A DNA stretch of 29,157 bases from Thermoplasmata archaeon (lineage in GTDB: Archaea; Thermoplasmatota; Thermoplasmata; RBG-16-68-12; JAJISG01). A program made the position numbers and the translations under genes. Below, piece after piece: positions 8,495 through 17,681 of this stretch. The stretch lies in NCBI GenBank assembly GCA_046759265.1, contig JBHIBW010000001.1, forward strand, positions 1 to 29,157, read 5' to 3'. Each line of letters opens with the position of its first letter. Positions within the stretch are counted from its first letter, which is position 1. The notes below the pieces were generated by a model. It saw nothing but the letters and a program-made list of their open reading frames with translations. It made no database searches and had not been told where the DNA came from.

Positions 8495-10543
8495 ATGTTT
8501 CACATCGTCCTCATCGCCCTCGGGGTAGCGGGCCTCACCCTGGTCTTTGCCGCACTCCTGGTCCGGGCCATTCTGCGCCAGCCGGAGGGGTCAGACCGGA
8601 TGCGCGAGATCGCCGGATTCATCCAGGTTGGGGCCACCGTCTTCCTGCGGCGCGAGCTCCGGGCTCTGTTCATCTTCACCGTAATCCTGGTCTTGGTTCT
8701 CACTTTCGTCATCTCGCCTGGAACCGTCCACTGGGAGCTCGGGTTGGCCTTCGCCCTGGGGACTGCGGCCTCGTTCGGCGCGGGGTACCTGGGCATGTGG
8801 ATTGCCACCCGGGCCAACGTGCGCACGGCCAATCTCGTCTCGGGAAGCTTCACCCGAGCCATGCGGACGGCCTTCTTTGGCGGAGCCGTCATGGGCTCCG
8901 TCTCGGTGGCCCTGGGCCTCATCGGCATCACCAGCCTCTTCGCCGCCTTCCCGGCGGAGCCGGAGGTCTGGCTGGCCTACGCCTTCGGGGCCAGTTCCGT
9001 GGCCCTCTTCCTTCGCGTCGGCGGAGGCATCTTCACAAAGAGTGCCGACGTGGGAGCGGACCTCGTCGGCAAGGTCGAAGCGGGCATTCCCGAGGACGAC
9101 CCGCGGAACCCTGCCGTGATCGCGGACAACGTCGGGGACAACGTCGGGGACGTCGCCGGGATGGGGTCCGACCTCTACGAGTCCTACGTCTCCGCCATCG
9201 CGGCGACCATGGTCCTCGCCCTGGCCCCTGCCCTCAACCTTGGAGTGGACTACGCCCTCTTCCCCCTCCTCATGGGGGCCGTGGGTCTCCTCGCCTCGAT
9301 GGCAGGCATCCTCGCCGTACGACCTCGGCGCAGCGCCGAGGGATACGAGCAGGAGGCGAAGGCGGCGCGGTCGGCCTTGAACGTCGGCGTCTACGTGAGC
9401 ACGGGCATCATGATCGTCGTGGGCTACTTTGCCGCCCAGTTCCTCCTGGGCGCGGACGGGCTCGCCCCCTTCCTCGCCATGGTGACGGGGCTCGTGGGCG
9501 GGTTCTTGATCGGCCTCTCGACCCAGTACTTCACCTCGGAATACGGTCCGGTCCGGGGAATCGCAGGGGCGAGCGAGAGCGGAGCGGGCATCAACGTCAT
9601 GGAGGGGATGGCTGTGGGGTTCCTGAGCACCATCCCGCCCATCCTGGTCGTGGCTGGGGCGACCTTCGTGGCCTTCGCCTTTGCGGGATTGTACGGCATC
9701 GCCGTCGCGGCCGTGGGGATGCTGGTCACGCTCGCCATGCTCCTCTCGACGGACGCCTATGGACCCATCGCGGACAACGCCGCGGGCATCGCCGAGATGA
9801 GCGGCCTGGGACCGGAGGCCCGAGAACGGGCCGAAGCCCTGGACTCCGTGGGGAACACCACGGCGGCCATCGGGAAGGGTTTCGCGATCGCCTCGGCCGC
9901 CCTCGCGGCGCTGGCCTGGATTGCCACCTTCCTGGTGGTCGCGGACGTGAGCGTGGTCCCGATCCTCAGCTTCCCATTGACCTTCACGGAGGTCCGCGTC
10001 GTCATTGGCCTCCTGTCCGGGGGCTTGCTCGCCTTCGTCTTCTCGGCGCTGACCCTCCGCGCGGTCAGCTCCGGGGCCTTCGAAGTCGTTCGGGAGGTTC
10101 GACGGCAATTTCGCGACACACCGGGCCTACGGGAGGGGAAGGCAAAGCCCGACTACGGCGCCACCATCTCCCTCGTGACGCGGAAGGCCCTCCGTGCCAT
10201 GTTCGTCCCCGGGCTGCTGGTCCTCCTCGTCCCTCTGGCGGTCGGGTTTGGCCTCGGACCTGAAGCCCTGGCCGGCCTGCTCCTCGGCGCCCTCTTCGTG
10301 GGCTTCCTCCTCGCGGTCATGATGGCCAACTCCGGCGGCGCATGGGACAACGCGAAGAAGCTGATCGAGTCCGGGCTGCACGGAGGGAAGGGCGGGGAGG
10401 CCCACAAGGCCGCGGTCATCGGAGACACGGTCGGCGACCCCTTCAAAGACACCTCCGGCCCGTCGCTGAACATCCTCATCAAGCTCGTGGGGAAGGTGGC
10501 GGTCATCTTCGCCCCCTTGTTTGCACTGATCGCCGTCGTGTGA
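8495..10543 (+). CDS. hppA: Membrane-bound ion-translocating pyrophosphatase, K+-dependent, probably Na+-pumping
   Basis: GGGIFTKSADVGADLVGKVEAGIPEDDPRNPAVIADNVGDNVGDVAGMGSDLYES, GPIADNAAGIAEM, GNTTAAIGKGFAI and GDTVGDPFKDTSGPSLNILIK motifs. Confidence 0.97.
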   Translation: MFHIVLIALGVAGLTLVFAALLVRAILRQPEGSDRMREIAGFIQVGATVFLRRELRALFIFTVILVLVLTFVISPGTVHWELGLAFALGTAASFGAGYLGMWIATRANVRTANLVSGSFTRAMRTAFFGGAVMGSVSVALGLIGITSLFAAFPAEPEVWLAYAFGASSVALFLRVGGGIFTKSADVGADLVGKVEAGIPEDDPRNPAVIADNVGDNVGDVAGMGSDLYESYVSAIAATMVLALAPALNLGVDYALFPLLMGAVGLLASMAGILAVRPRRSAEGYEQEAKAARSALNVGVYVSTGIMIVVGYFAAQFLLGADGLAPFLAMVTGLVGGFLIGLSTQYFTSEYGPVRGIAGASESGAGINVMEGMAVGFLSTIPPILVVAGATFVAFAFAGLYGIAVAAVGMLVTLAMLLSTDAYGPIADNAAGIAEMSGLGPEARERAEALDSVGNTTAAIGKGFAIASAALAALAWIATFLVVADVSVVPILSFPLTFTEVRVVIGLLSGGLLAFVFSALTLRAVSSGAFEVVREVRRQFRDTPGLREGKAKPDYGATISLVTRKALRAMFVPGLLVLLVPLAVGFGLGPEALAGLLLGALFVGFLLAVMMANSGGAWDNAKKLIESGLHGGKGGEAHKAAVIGDTVGDPFKDTSGPSLNILIKLVGKVAVIFAPLFALIAVV

Positions 10544-10558
10544 GCGGATTCCACAAGG

Positions 10559-10564
10559 CTTAAG
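10559..10564 (+). promoter_or_regulatory. Possible TATA-like box for the stand-alone 5S rRNA gene
   Basis: CTTAAG ~25-30 nt upstream of the predicted 5S 5' end. Confidence 0.4.
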
Positions 10565-10592
10565 CAGCCGCGTCGGGTAACGAACGCGGAAG

Positions 10593-10813
10593 GGTGTGAC
10601 GGCCATAGCGGCGGGGATACACCCGGTCCCATCCCGAACCCGGAAGTTAAGCCCGCCTGCGTTCCCTCTGGTACTGCGGTGCGCGAGCCCGTGGGAAGGT
10701 TGGCCTCGCAAGGGTCGTGGACCCCTGGTCTAGGCGCGCTAGCCTGGTCACTTCGGTAACCGGGTGAACCGTTGCCGTTGACGGCCAACGGGTCCGCGGA
10801 ACGCTGTCAGCCC
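10593..10813 (+). rRNA. rrf: 5S rRNA with ~96-nt internal insertion (10700-10795); ends approximate
   Basis: GGCCATAGCGGCGGGGATACACCCGGTCCCATCCCGAACCCGGAAGTTAAGCC core and loop E GGTA/GAA. Helix I TGACGGC/GCTGTCA and GAAGGG/CCCTTC closes only at ~10803-10816, about 100 nt later than in a standard 5S. Confidence 0.93.
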
Positions 10814-10817
10814 TTCC

Positions 10818-11147
10818 TCACCCTGCTTCGGCTCCGGCCAGGAGGTCCTCCAGGTTGGCCTCCGTGAGACCCTGCCCCAGGACCCCATCGACCCGGCCTT
10901 GAATGCGCTCGCCCGCAAAGAGAATCAGGGTGGGCACCACCTCGACGCGGTAGGTGTCCCACAACGGGTTGATCTCCTCGGAGAGGTCCACCTCCACCTT
11001 CTTGATCGGGCCCGTGTCCCTCCCGCGAAAGTGGGGGAGAAAGTCGCGGCAGTAGCCGCACCAGACCGCGTGGAAGAGCGCGAGAACCGGTTCCTCCGCC
11101 TCGACGACGGCTTCGCGAAACTCGTCGGGGGTGGTGACCTGCTCCAT
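10818..11147 (-). CDS. Thioredoxin-fold protein (WCGYC)
   Basis: FHAVWCGYCRDF active site and YRVEVVPTLILF cis-Pro loop. Confidence 0.88.
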   Translation of the reverse strand: MEQVTTPDEFREAVVEAEEPVLALFHAVWCGYCRDFLPHFRGRDTGPIKKVEVDLSEEINPLWDTYRVEVVPTLILFAGERIQGRVDGVLGQGLTEANLEDLLAGAEAG

Positions 11148-11204
11148 CGGTCCGGCCTAGCCGGTCCTCGCATATCAAGGCGGGGGACAGCGCGCGGGTG
11201 AGCC

Positions 11205-11210
11205 TTTATA
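11205..11210 (+). promoter_or_regulatory. Probable TATA box for polC
   Basis: TTTATA ~40 nt upstream of ATG 11248. Confidence 0.45.
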
Positions 11211-11247
11211 GCGACCCGTCCATACCTCCCCCCTTCTGCGTGATGGG

Positions 11248-14200
11248 ATGACTGACCTTAGCTCCAGCCAGGCAATGAGGGAGTACCTGGAAGGGCTAAA
11301 CCGGGAGGCGGAGGCGTGCTACAGCCTCGCCCGGCGCGCCCGCGCCCAGGGGATGGACCCGGAACTCAGCGTGGAAGTCCTCGCGGCGGAGGACCTGCCG
11401 AGTCGGGTGGAACGCCTCTTGGAAGCCTATGGCCTGCAAGGGGTTGGGCAACGCATCCGGGAGCTGAGCGCCCACCACGACCGAGAGGAGACGTCGCTCC
11501 TCTTGGCGCGGGAACTGGCGCAGGAGCCGGGGCGGAGCGTGGAGGAGCGCATCGAGCGCGCGATTCGGGCGGGCCTCGCCCTCCTCACCGAGGGCGTGGT
11601 AGTGGCCCCGCTGGAAGGGCTGGGGGGCGTCCAAGTCAAGCGGAACGAGGACGGGACCAACTACCTGGACGTGTTCTACGCCGGTCCGATCCGATCGGCC
11701 GGGGGGACGGCCCAGGCGCTCAGCGTGCTGATTGCCGACGTAGTCCGGCGGGAGCTCGGAATCGGGGCGTATCAGCCGACGAAAGAGGAGGTGGAGCGCC
11801 TCAAAGAGGAGATTCCGCTCTACAAGCGCCTCCAGCACCTGCAGCACACCCCCTCCGGGAACGACATCGAGCTGGTCGTCGGCCATTGCCCCGTCGGCAT
11901 CAACGGCGAAGGCACAGAGGAGGAGGAGATCAGCGGCCATCGGGACCTCCCCCGGGTGGAGACGAATCGTATCCGCGGCGGCGCCTGTCTGGTGATCGCC
12001 GAGGGACTTTGCCTCAAGGCGCCGAAGATTCTCAAACACGTCCGCAATCTCCAGATCGACGGGTGGGACTTCTTGACGCGGTACGTGGAAGAGCGAAAGA
12101 ACGGAGAGGAGGAGGCGGACAAGGAGCCCAGCTTCATTCAGAACATCATCGCGGGCCGACCGGTGCTGGCCCACCCGAGCCGGAAGGGCGGGTTTCGCCT
12201 CCGGTACGGCCGGACCCGGGCGACCGGACTCGCGGCGCTGGGCGTCCACCCTGCGACCATGCATCTCGTCGACGACTTCGTGGCCGTTGGGACCCAGATC
12301 AAGGTCGAGCGGCCGGGCAAGGCGGGAGCGGTCTCCCCCTGTGAGACCATCGAGGGGCCCCTTGTCCTCCTGAAGGATGGAAGCCTGACCGAGGTGTCAA
12401 CCCTGGAGGAGGCGCGCCGGCTTCGGCCCGACGTCGTGAGCCTGGTGGATCTGGGGGAACTCCTCGTCGCCGTTGGCGAGTTCCTGGAGAACAACCACGC
12501 CCTGCTCCCCGGCGCCTACGGTCTGGACTGGTACCGGACGGAGCTCGAGCTCCACGCCGACCCCTTACCGGAGAACTGGGAACGCCCCGCCTTCGAGGAG
12601 GCCGAGGCCTGGTCCCGCGAGTACGGCGTGCCCATGCACCCCCGTTTTAACCTCTTCTGGCACGAGCTCTCCGTCCAGGATCTGCGTCACCTGCGCGAGG
12701 AACTCGCCAGGCGGGGCCGGGGAGCGAAAGGCCGGCTCGAGATCCCGGCCGATGCGGATCTGCAGGCCCCGCTCGTGGAACTCGGGGCCCTCTTCCGCCG
12801 GGAGGGCGACACCCTCCAGGTCGGGCGCCACGGCCCGGCCCTCCTCCTCGGGTTGGGGCTCAGCATGGTGGGCCACCGGCTTCAGCCCGGAGCGGATGTG
12901 GAGGCGCAAGACCCCCTCGAGTACGTCTCGCGCTTCTCCGGAATCCCCCATCGAGCCCGCGGGCCCACGCGGATAGGGGCGCGCATGGGTCGCCCGGAGA
13001 AGGCACGGCCTCGACTGATGAAGCCCCCGCCTCACGCCCTCTTCCCCCTCGGCGTCCAGGGTGGCCCGCAGCGCCTCCTTGCCAAGGCCCTCGAGAAGGA
13101 GCGAGTCGTGGTGGAGGTCGGGCTTCGGAAGTGCGCGCAGTGCGGTCGGTCTTGGTTCCTCTCCAGGTGCCCCTGCGGCGGCCACACGGTCCCCGGGAGC
13201 CGAACGGTCGAGGAGAGTGTCCCCCTCCGGGAGGTCCACAGCCGGGCCCTCCAGGCGTTGGGCCTCACCCGGATGCCGGGGGTCAAACTCGTCCAAGGCA
13301 TGATCTCGCGGCTGAAGACCCCCGAGGCCTTGGAGAAGGGATTGTTGCGGGCGAAGCATGAGATCCACGTGTTCAAGGATGGCACCTGCCGATTCGACAT
13401 GACGAACCTCCCGCTCACCCACTTTCGACCGGGCGAGGTCGGCCTCTCCGTCCCACGGGCGAGGGAGCTGGGGTACGAAACCGACGTGCTCGGAGAGGTC
13501 CTGGCACGCGAGGACCAGCTCGTCGAGTTGCGGCCCCAGGACTTGGTGGTCTCCACCGACTGTGCGGCCTACCTGGTCCGGGTCGGGCGTTTCGTCGACG
13601 ACCTCCTCGCCCTCGCCTACGGGCTGGAGCCCCACTACGGGTTCGAGGAGACGGGGGATGTCGTCGGTCACCTCGTGATGGGTCTAGCCCCCCACACCTC
13701 GGTGGGCGTCCTCGCTCGGATTGTCGGCCTGACCCCCGCACGAGCGTGCTTCGCCCACCCCTACTTCCATGCCGCCAAGCGCCGGGACGCGGACGGGGAC
13801 GAGGACTCCGTCATCCTCCTTCTCGACGGCCTCCTCAACTTCAGTCGCGGCTTCCTGCCGGAGAAGCGCGGCGGCCTCATGGACGCGCCGCTGGTGCTGA
13901 GCACCCGGATCGATCCCAAGGAAGTGGATCGGGAGGTCCACAACCTGGAGGTCTGTGGGCGCTACCCCCTCGAGTTCTTCGAGGCCGCGGAGAAGGGGCG
14001 GCACCCTCGAGAGGTGGAGAACCTCGTCGACACGGTGGCGGCGCGCGTGGGTTCCGTCTTGCAGTTCGAGGGCTTCGGGTTCACCCATGAGGTGGACCGC
14101 CTGGACGCGGCGCCCTTGCAGACCGCCTACACGGAGGGGGGCATGCTCGCCAAGATTGAGGGGCAGTTGGCTCTGGCAAACCGGATCCGGGCCGTCAACG

Positions 14201-14541
14201 CCGAAGACGTGGTCGCCCGAATCGTGAACCACCACTTTCTCCCCGACCTGATCGGCAACCTACGGGCCTTCACCAGCCAGCGATTCCGATGCACGAAGTG
14301 CGGCGCGAAGTACCGGCGGATGCCCCTCGCCGGATCCTGCCTTCAATGCAAAGGGAAGCTGACGCTGACGGTCCACAAGAGCGGGGTCGTCAAGTATCTG
14401 GAGCTCTCGAAGCGTATCTCCGAGGAGTATCAGATTTCTCCGTACCTGCGGCAGCGCATTGGCCTCGTCGAAGAGGCCATTGCATCCATCTTCTCCGACG
14501 AGAGCCGGCAGGTCGTCCAGTTGGAGGATTTCCTCGATTGA
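11248..14541 (+). CDS. polC: DNA polymerase II (PolD) large subunit DP2, intein-free
   Basis: YAGPIRSAGGTAQALSVL, GFRLRYGRTR, IGARMGRPEKA, VFKDGTCRFD, HAAKRRDADGDED, GGLMDAPLVL and FRCTKC..C-x2-C motifs; PIP-like C-terminus QVVQLEDFL. Confidence 0.97.
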   Translation: MTDLSSSQAMREYLEGLNREAEACYSLARRARAQGMDPELSVEVLAAEDLPSRVERLLEAYGLQGVGQRIRELSAHHDREETSLLLARELAQEPGRSVEERIERAIRAGLALLTEGVVVAPLEGLGGVQVKRNEDGTNYLDVFYAGPIRSAGGTAQALSVLIADVVRRELGIGAYQPTKEEVERLKEEIPLYKRLQHLQHTPSGNDIELVVGHCPVGINGEGTEEEEISGHRDLPRVETNRIRGGACLVIAEGLCLKAPKILKHVRNLQIDGWDFLTRYVEERKNGEEEADKEPSFIQNIIAGRPVLAHPSRKGGFRLRYGRTRATGLAALGVHPATMHLVDDFVAVGTQIKVERPGKAGAVSPCETIEGPLVLLKDGSLTEVSTLEEARRLRPDVVSLVDLGELLVAVGEFLENNHALLPGAYGLDWYRTELELHADPLPENWERPAFEEAEAWSREYGVPMHPRFNLFWHELSVQDLRHLREELARRGRGAKGRLEIPADADLQAPLVELGALFRREGDTLQVGRHGPALLLGLGLSMVGHRLQPGADVEAQDPLEYVSRFSGIPHRARGPTRIGARMGRPEKARPRLMKPPPHALFPLGVQGGPQRLLAKALEKERVVVEVGLRKCAQCGRSWFLSRCPCGGHTVPGSRTVEESVPLREVHSRALQALGLTRMPGVKLVQGMISRLKTPEALEKGLLRAKHEIHVFKDGTCRFDMTNLPLTHFRPGEVGLSVPRARELGYETDVLGEVLAREDQLVELRPQDLVVSTDCAAYLVRVGRFVDDLLALAYGLEPHYGFEETGDVVGHLVMGLAPHTSVGVLARIVGLTPARACFAHPYFHAAKRRDADGDEDSVILLLDGLLNFSRGFLPEKRGGLMDAPLVLSTRIDPKEVDREVHNLEVCGRYPLEFFEAAEKGRHPREVENLVDTVAARVGSVLQFEGFGFTHEVDRLDAAPLQTAYTEGGMLAKIEGQLALANRIRAVNAEDVVARIVNHHFLPDLIGNLRAFTSQRFRCTKCGAKYRRMPLAGSCLQCKGKLTLTVHKSGVVKYLELSKRISEEYQISPYLRQRIGLVEEAIASIFSDESRQVVQLEDFLD

Positions 14542-14559
14542 CGCCGGGTCGAACGCGTG

Positions 14560-14829
14560 CTAGGCGCGGCGTGCCCGTCCGATGAGGATTCCGGAAGTCA
14601 CCAGAGCGCCGAGGCCGATTACGAGGGCGAGAGTGCCGCCGAGGAGGATGTTCACCCAGATTTCCTCGGGCAAGAAGAGGGAAACGAGGTAAGCGAGCAG
14701 ACCCACGCCGAGGAGGGCGGCCCCCGCTTTCCCCACGGCAGGCAGCCGAAGGGCGTAGTTGCAATGCGGACAGACGAGGACGCTGGGATTCTCGAGTGCG
14801 ACGCGGCAACGCGGGCAGCGGTCCGGCAT
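14560..14829 (-). CDS. Small zinc-ribbon membrane protein (CPRC..CPHC plus two TM helices)
   Basis: ATG 14829: MPDRCPRCRVALENPSVLVCPHCNYALRLP followed by two hydrophobic segments. This is the 3' part of track ORF 14560..15033. Confidence 0.75.
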   Translation of the reverse strand: MPDRCPRCRVALENPSVLVCPHCNYALRLPAVGKAGAALLGVGLLAYLVSLFLPEEIWVNILLGGTLALVIGLGALVTSGILIGRARRA

Positions 14830-14855
14830 CCCACCGAAACGAGGATTCGGGACTA

Positions 14856-15947
14856 CTAAAAGCTGGCGTCGGGCGCGGCGGCCTCCAAGATCCCCTTCAT
14901 CCCTCTCACGAAGGACTCCTCCCCAAACCGTCGGGCCTGGGCCTCCGCCGCCGGCCGCAGATCGAGAAGGGTGGCATCGTCCAGACTCTGGATCTTCCGA
15001 ACAAACGGCTCGGGCTCCGGCGGAAGGAGCCAACCGCTCTCCCCCTCGCGCACGCTTTCCGTGTAGCCCCCCTCACGGGTCGCCAGGACCGCCTTCCCCG
15101 AGGCCATGGCCTCGATGGGGGTCAATCCGAAGTCTTCGTCCACAGCGGTGGCGAGCACCCCGCGGCAGCGGCTGTACAGGTCGACCAGTTCCTCCTCAGG
15201 GATCTCACCGCGGAGGGTCACGTTGGCCGGGGGATCGAGGCCGGTGACGTAGCGGGCGCTGTGGTCGCCGGGCGCCCAACCTCCCACGACCACGAGACGC
15301 TCCTGCGGAAGCCGGCGAAACACCTCGAACTGCAGATCGACGCGCTTCTCCGGGTACAGGCGATTTACGCTCAACCAGAAGTCCCCGAGCTCTCGGAATC
15401 GGAACCGGGAGATGGCCACGGGTGGGTACACGATGGGGGCCTCTCGGGCGTAGTAGCGACGAATCCGGCGTCGCACGTTCTCGCTGATTGCGACGATACG
15501 AGCGATGCCGTCGACGGAGCTTCGATCTAGACTGGAGTGCACCCGGGCCCAGGCCCGGTACAAGGGACGTTGGTAAGGCGGAAGGCTCCTCAGGAGGGCC
15601 TCGCGCTGATCGTAAAAGGCCCGCACCGGGGTGTAACAGTACAGGACCCCCGGCCGGTGTCGTTCGCCCGCGTGATGCGCCCAATTCCCCGAGAAGACGT
15701 ACGCATCAAAGCCGTGCACGCGGGCCCGACGAAATCGCCGCGTGGCGTGTATCTGCTTGAAGGGCGCCGAGGGGACGAGGGGGCCGAGGTCGTGGATCCG
15801 AACCCGGCGCTCTTCTAGGCGCGTCAGAACCTCGGGGCGAAGGTTCGTGGTAAACAGGTCCGCATCCAGGGACTTGGCCAGGGTGAGCATGGCTTTCTCC
15901 CCGCCCCCGATCTTGTCGAAGTAATCGTGGAAGATGGCGACTCGCAT
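14856..15947 (-). CDS. GT4-family (GT-B) glycosyltransferase
   Basis: MRVAIFHDYFDKIGGGEK N-terminus, VNRLYPEKRVD and EDFGLTPIEAMASGKAV (E-x7-E) motif. Confidence 0.93.
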   Translation of the reverse strand: MRVAIFHDYFDKIGGGEKAMLTLAKSLDADLFTTNLRPEVLTRLEERRVRIHDLGPLVPSAPFKQIHATRRFRRARVHGFDAYVFSGNWAHHAGERHRPGVLYCYTPVRAFYDQREALLRSLPPYQRPLYRAWARVHSSLDRSSVDGIARIVAISENVRRRIRRYYAREAPIVYPPVAISRFRFRELGDFWLSVNRLYPEKRVDLQFEVFRRLPQERLVVVGGWAPGDHSARYVTGLDPPANVTLRGEIPEEELVDLYSRCRGVLATAVDEDFGLTPIEAMASGKAVLATREGGYTESVREGESGWLLPPEPEPFVRKIQSLDDATLLDLRPAAEAQARRFGEESFVRGMKGILEAAAPDASF

Positions 15948-16012
15948 GGACCCACGCCTGATGCTCCCCCAGGTGCATCAAGGTTAATATCGCCCACTCC
16001 GGATGGCGGGCT

Positions 16013-17662
16013 GTGCGACGATCGACCGCATTCGCCCTTCTCTCTTTGACCTTCCTCTCCGTCTACATCCGCCTCCTCCCCGTCACCCAGTTCCTCTACT
16101 GGGGTGCTGATTTTGGGGAGTACTTCGGCCTCACGCGGACCGTCTTTGAGGCCCAGCCCCTGCCCGACCCGTACTCCGGCTGGGGGGTCACGTACCCCGA
16201 GTTCCCGGGGCTCTTCGTGCTCAACGCCGTGGTCGGGTGGGCCGGGGTCCCGATTGAGGCGGCGGCCGTGCTGGTTGTGCCCATCCTTGCGGCTCTCGTC
16301 GTGATTCCGGTCTTCCTGCTCGCGCGCGAGGTGACGCAGCGGGATTGGGCGGCCCTCCTGGCCGCGGCGCTCGTCGCGGTATTGAGCCCCCATGCGTATC
16401 CGACTTCGCACGCCATCCCGGGCGCGCTGGGTGACCTCCTCTTCGCCACGGGGCTCCTCCTCCTCGTTCGGCTCCGCTCGGATTCCCGGATGTTGTGGCT
16501 GCTGATCCCGGTGGCCCTCACCCTCGTCCCGCTCCACCATCTGTCAAGCTATTTCCTCATCGTCGCCACGTTCTTCGTTCTCTTCTTCCGGGTTGCCGTA
16601 TGGCGCGCGTCCTGGAGCGGGATCCGGAGGGAGACCGGTTTCCTGGCCTTCCTCGTCGCGATCAATGTCATCTACTGGGTCGTCTACGCGGAGACCTTCC
16701 GTCTCTTCCTCGGGTTCGAGCGCGTCTCGCCGTTCCTGACGGCGGGGGTCGTCATCGCGCTGCCCTTCGTGCTGTATCCCCTCGCCAAGTGGCGTGCGCG
16801 GGCGAAATGGCGCTATCGGCCTCGCTGGCCCCCCACCAGACGGTCCTGGCAGGTCCTCGCCGGCGTGGCCCTTGCAGTGGCCGGACTCCTCGCCTTCACG
16901 ACCCTGGTCCAGGTGCCCGGGACGAACATTCCGACCGCCATCCCGACGCTCCTGTACGCCGCGGCCTTCCTGCCCCTCCTCCTCCTCGCGGCCCCGGGGC
17001 GGAAGCCGTTCGACTTCCTCCCCCGAGGCGCCCTCATCACGGGAGCCTTCCTGGGTCTGACACTCTCCTGGATCGTCGGAAGCGGAGTGGCCCCCGCGTT
17101 CCTGATCCCGTACCGGCATTTCGAGTACATGCTTCCGCTCATGGGAGCCTTCGTGGGAATGGGTGCGGTGCTCCTGCACCGGAGGACGGGCACGCGGATC
17201 CTCGTCCCGCTCCTCACAGGCCTGATCGTGCTCGCCGCCGCGACCGCCATCCCGCCCCGGGAGGCCCTAGCCAACCACTTCGAAGGCACCCGACCGGAGG
17301 CCCTCGTGGGCGTCGAATGGGCGGGCACCCGCATCCCCTCCCTCACTGCCACGGACCACCGGGTCTCCACCATCCTCTTCGGCTTCGCGGGTGTTCCAGG
17401 CACCTTCGATGCCGTATCGGCGCCTCTTCACGCGCCCACCTTTGAGGCGGCCCGAGGCGAGATGGTCGCAATGCCGGGCCGCGACCGAATCGACTTTGTC
17501 GTTCTCGATGCGGACCTGATTGCGGGCGTGACGCTCCTGCCGTGGGATCCCGCCCTGCCACTGTCCGCCCAGGCCCAGGCCAAGTTCCTAGGACCGCAGT
17601 ACCTCAAGCTCTACGACGACGGCTATGCGCAGGTCTACTGGGTGAATTGGGGGAACGCGTAA
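16013..17662 (+). CDS. Polytopic membrane protein, GT-C-like putative glycosyltransferase
   Basis: Roughly a dozen TM segments; first loop WGADFGEYF, YPEFPG and HHLSS motifs resemble archaeal GT-C-fold proteins; divergent from the GT4 gene. Confidence 0.6.
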   Translation: MRRSTAFALLSLTFLSVYIRLLPVTQFLYWGADFGEYFGLTRTVFEAQPLPDPYSGWGVTYPEFPGLFVLNAVVGWAGVPIEAAAVLVVPILAALVVIPVFLLAREVTQRDWAALLAAALVAVLSPHAYPTSHAIPGALGDLLFATGLLLLVRLRSDSRMLWLLIPVALTLVPLHHLSSYFLIVATFFVLFFRVAVWRASWSGIRRETGFLAFLVAINVIYWVVYAETFRLFLGFERVSPFLTAGVVIALPFVLYPLAKWRARAKWRYRPRWPPTRRSWQVLAGVALAVAGLLAFTTLVQVPGTNIPTAIPTLLYAAAFLPLLLLAAPGRKPFDFLPRGALITGAFLGLTLSWIVGSGVAPAFLIPYRHFEYMLPLMGAFVGMGAVLLHRRTGTRILVPLLTGLIVLAAATAIPPREALANHFEGTRPEALVGVEWAGTRIPSLTATDHRVSTILFGFAGVPGTFDAVSAPLHAPTFEAARGEMVAMPGRDRIDFVVLDADLIAGVTLLPWDPALPLSAQAQAKFLGPQYLKLYDDGYAQVYWVNWGNA

Positions 17663-17681
17663 TCCGGGGAAGGGGGTCGCA

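Noticed and set aside
10700-10795. 5S insert as a BHB intron or an IS/MITE
   Set aside because: No 3-nt bulge / 4-bp helix / 3-nt bulge at the junctions, and no terminal inverted repeats with target duplication.
10818-11147. CGYC (DsbC-like) motif as a novel isomerase
   Set aside because: The CxxC dipeptide varies widely among thioredoxin-fold proteins, so there is insufficient evidence for a special role.
11248-14541. Inteins in DP2 or in the visible part of RpoB
   Set aside because: No Hint or LAGLIDADG insertions; lengths match intein-free proteins.
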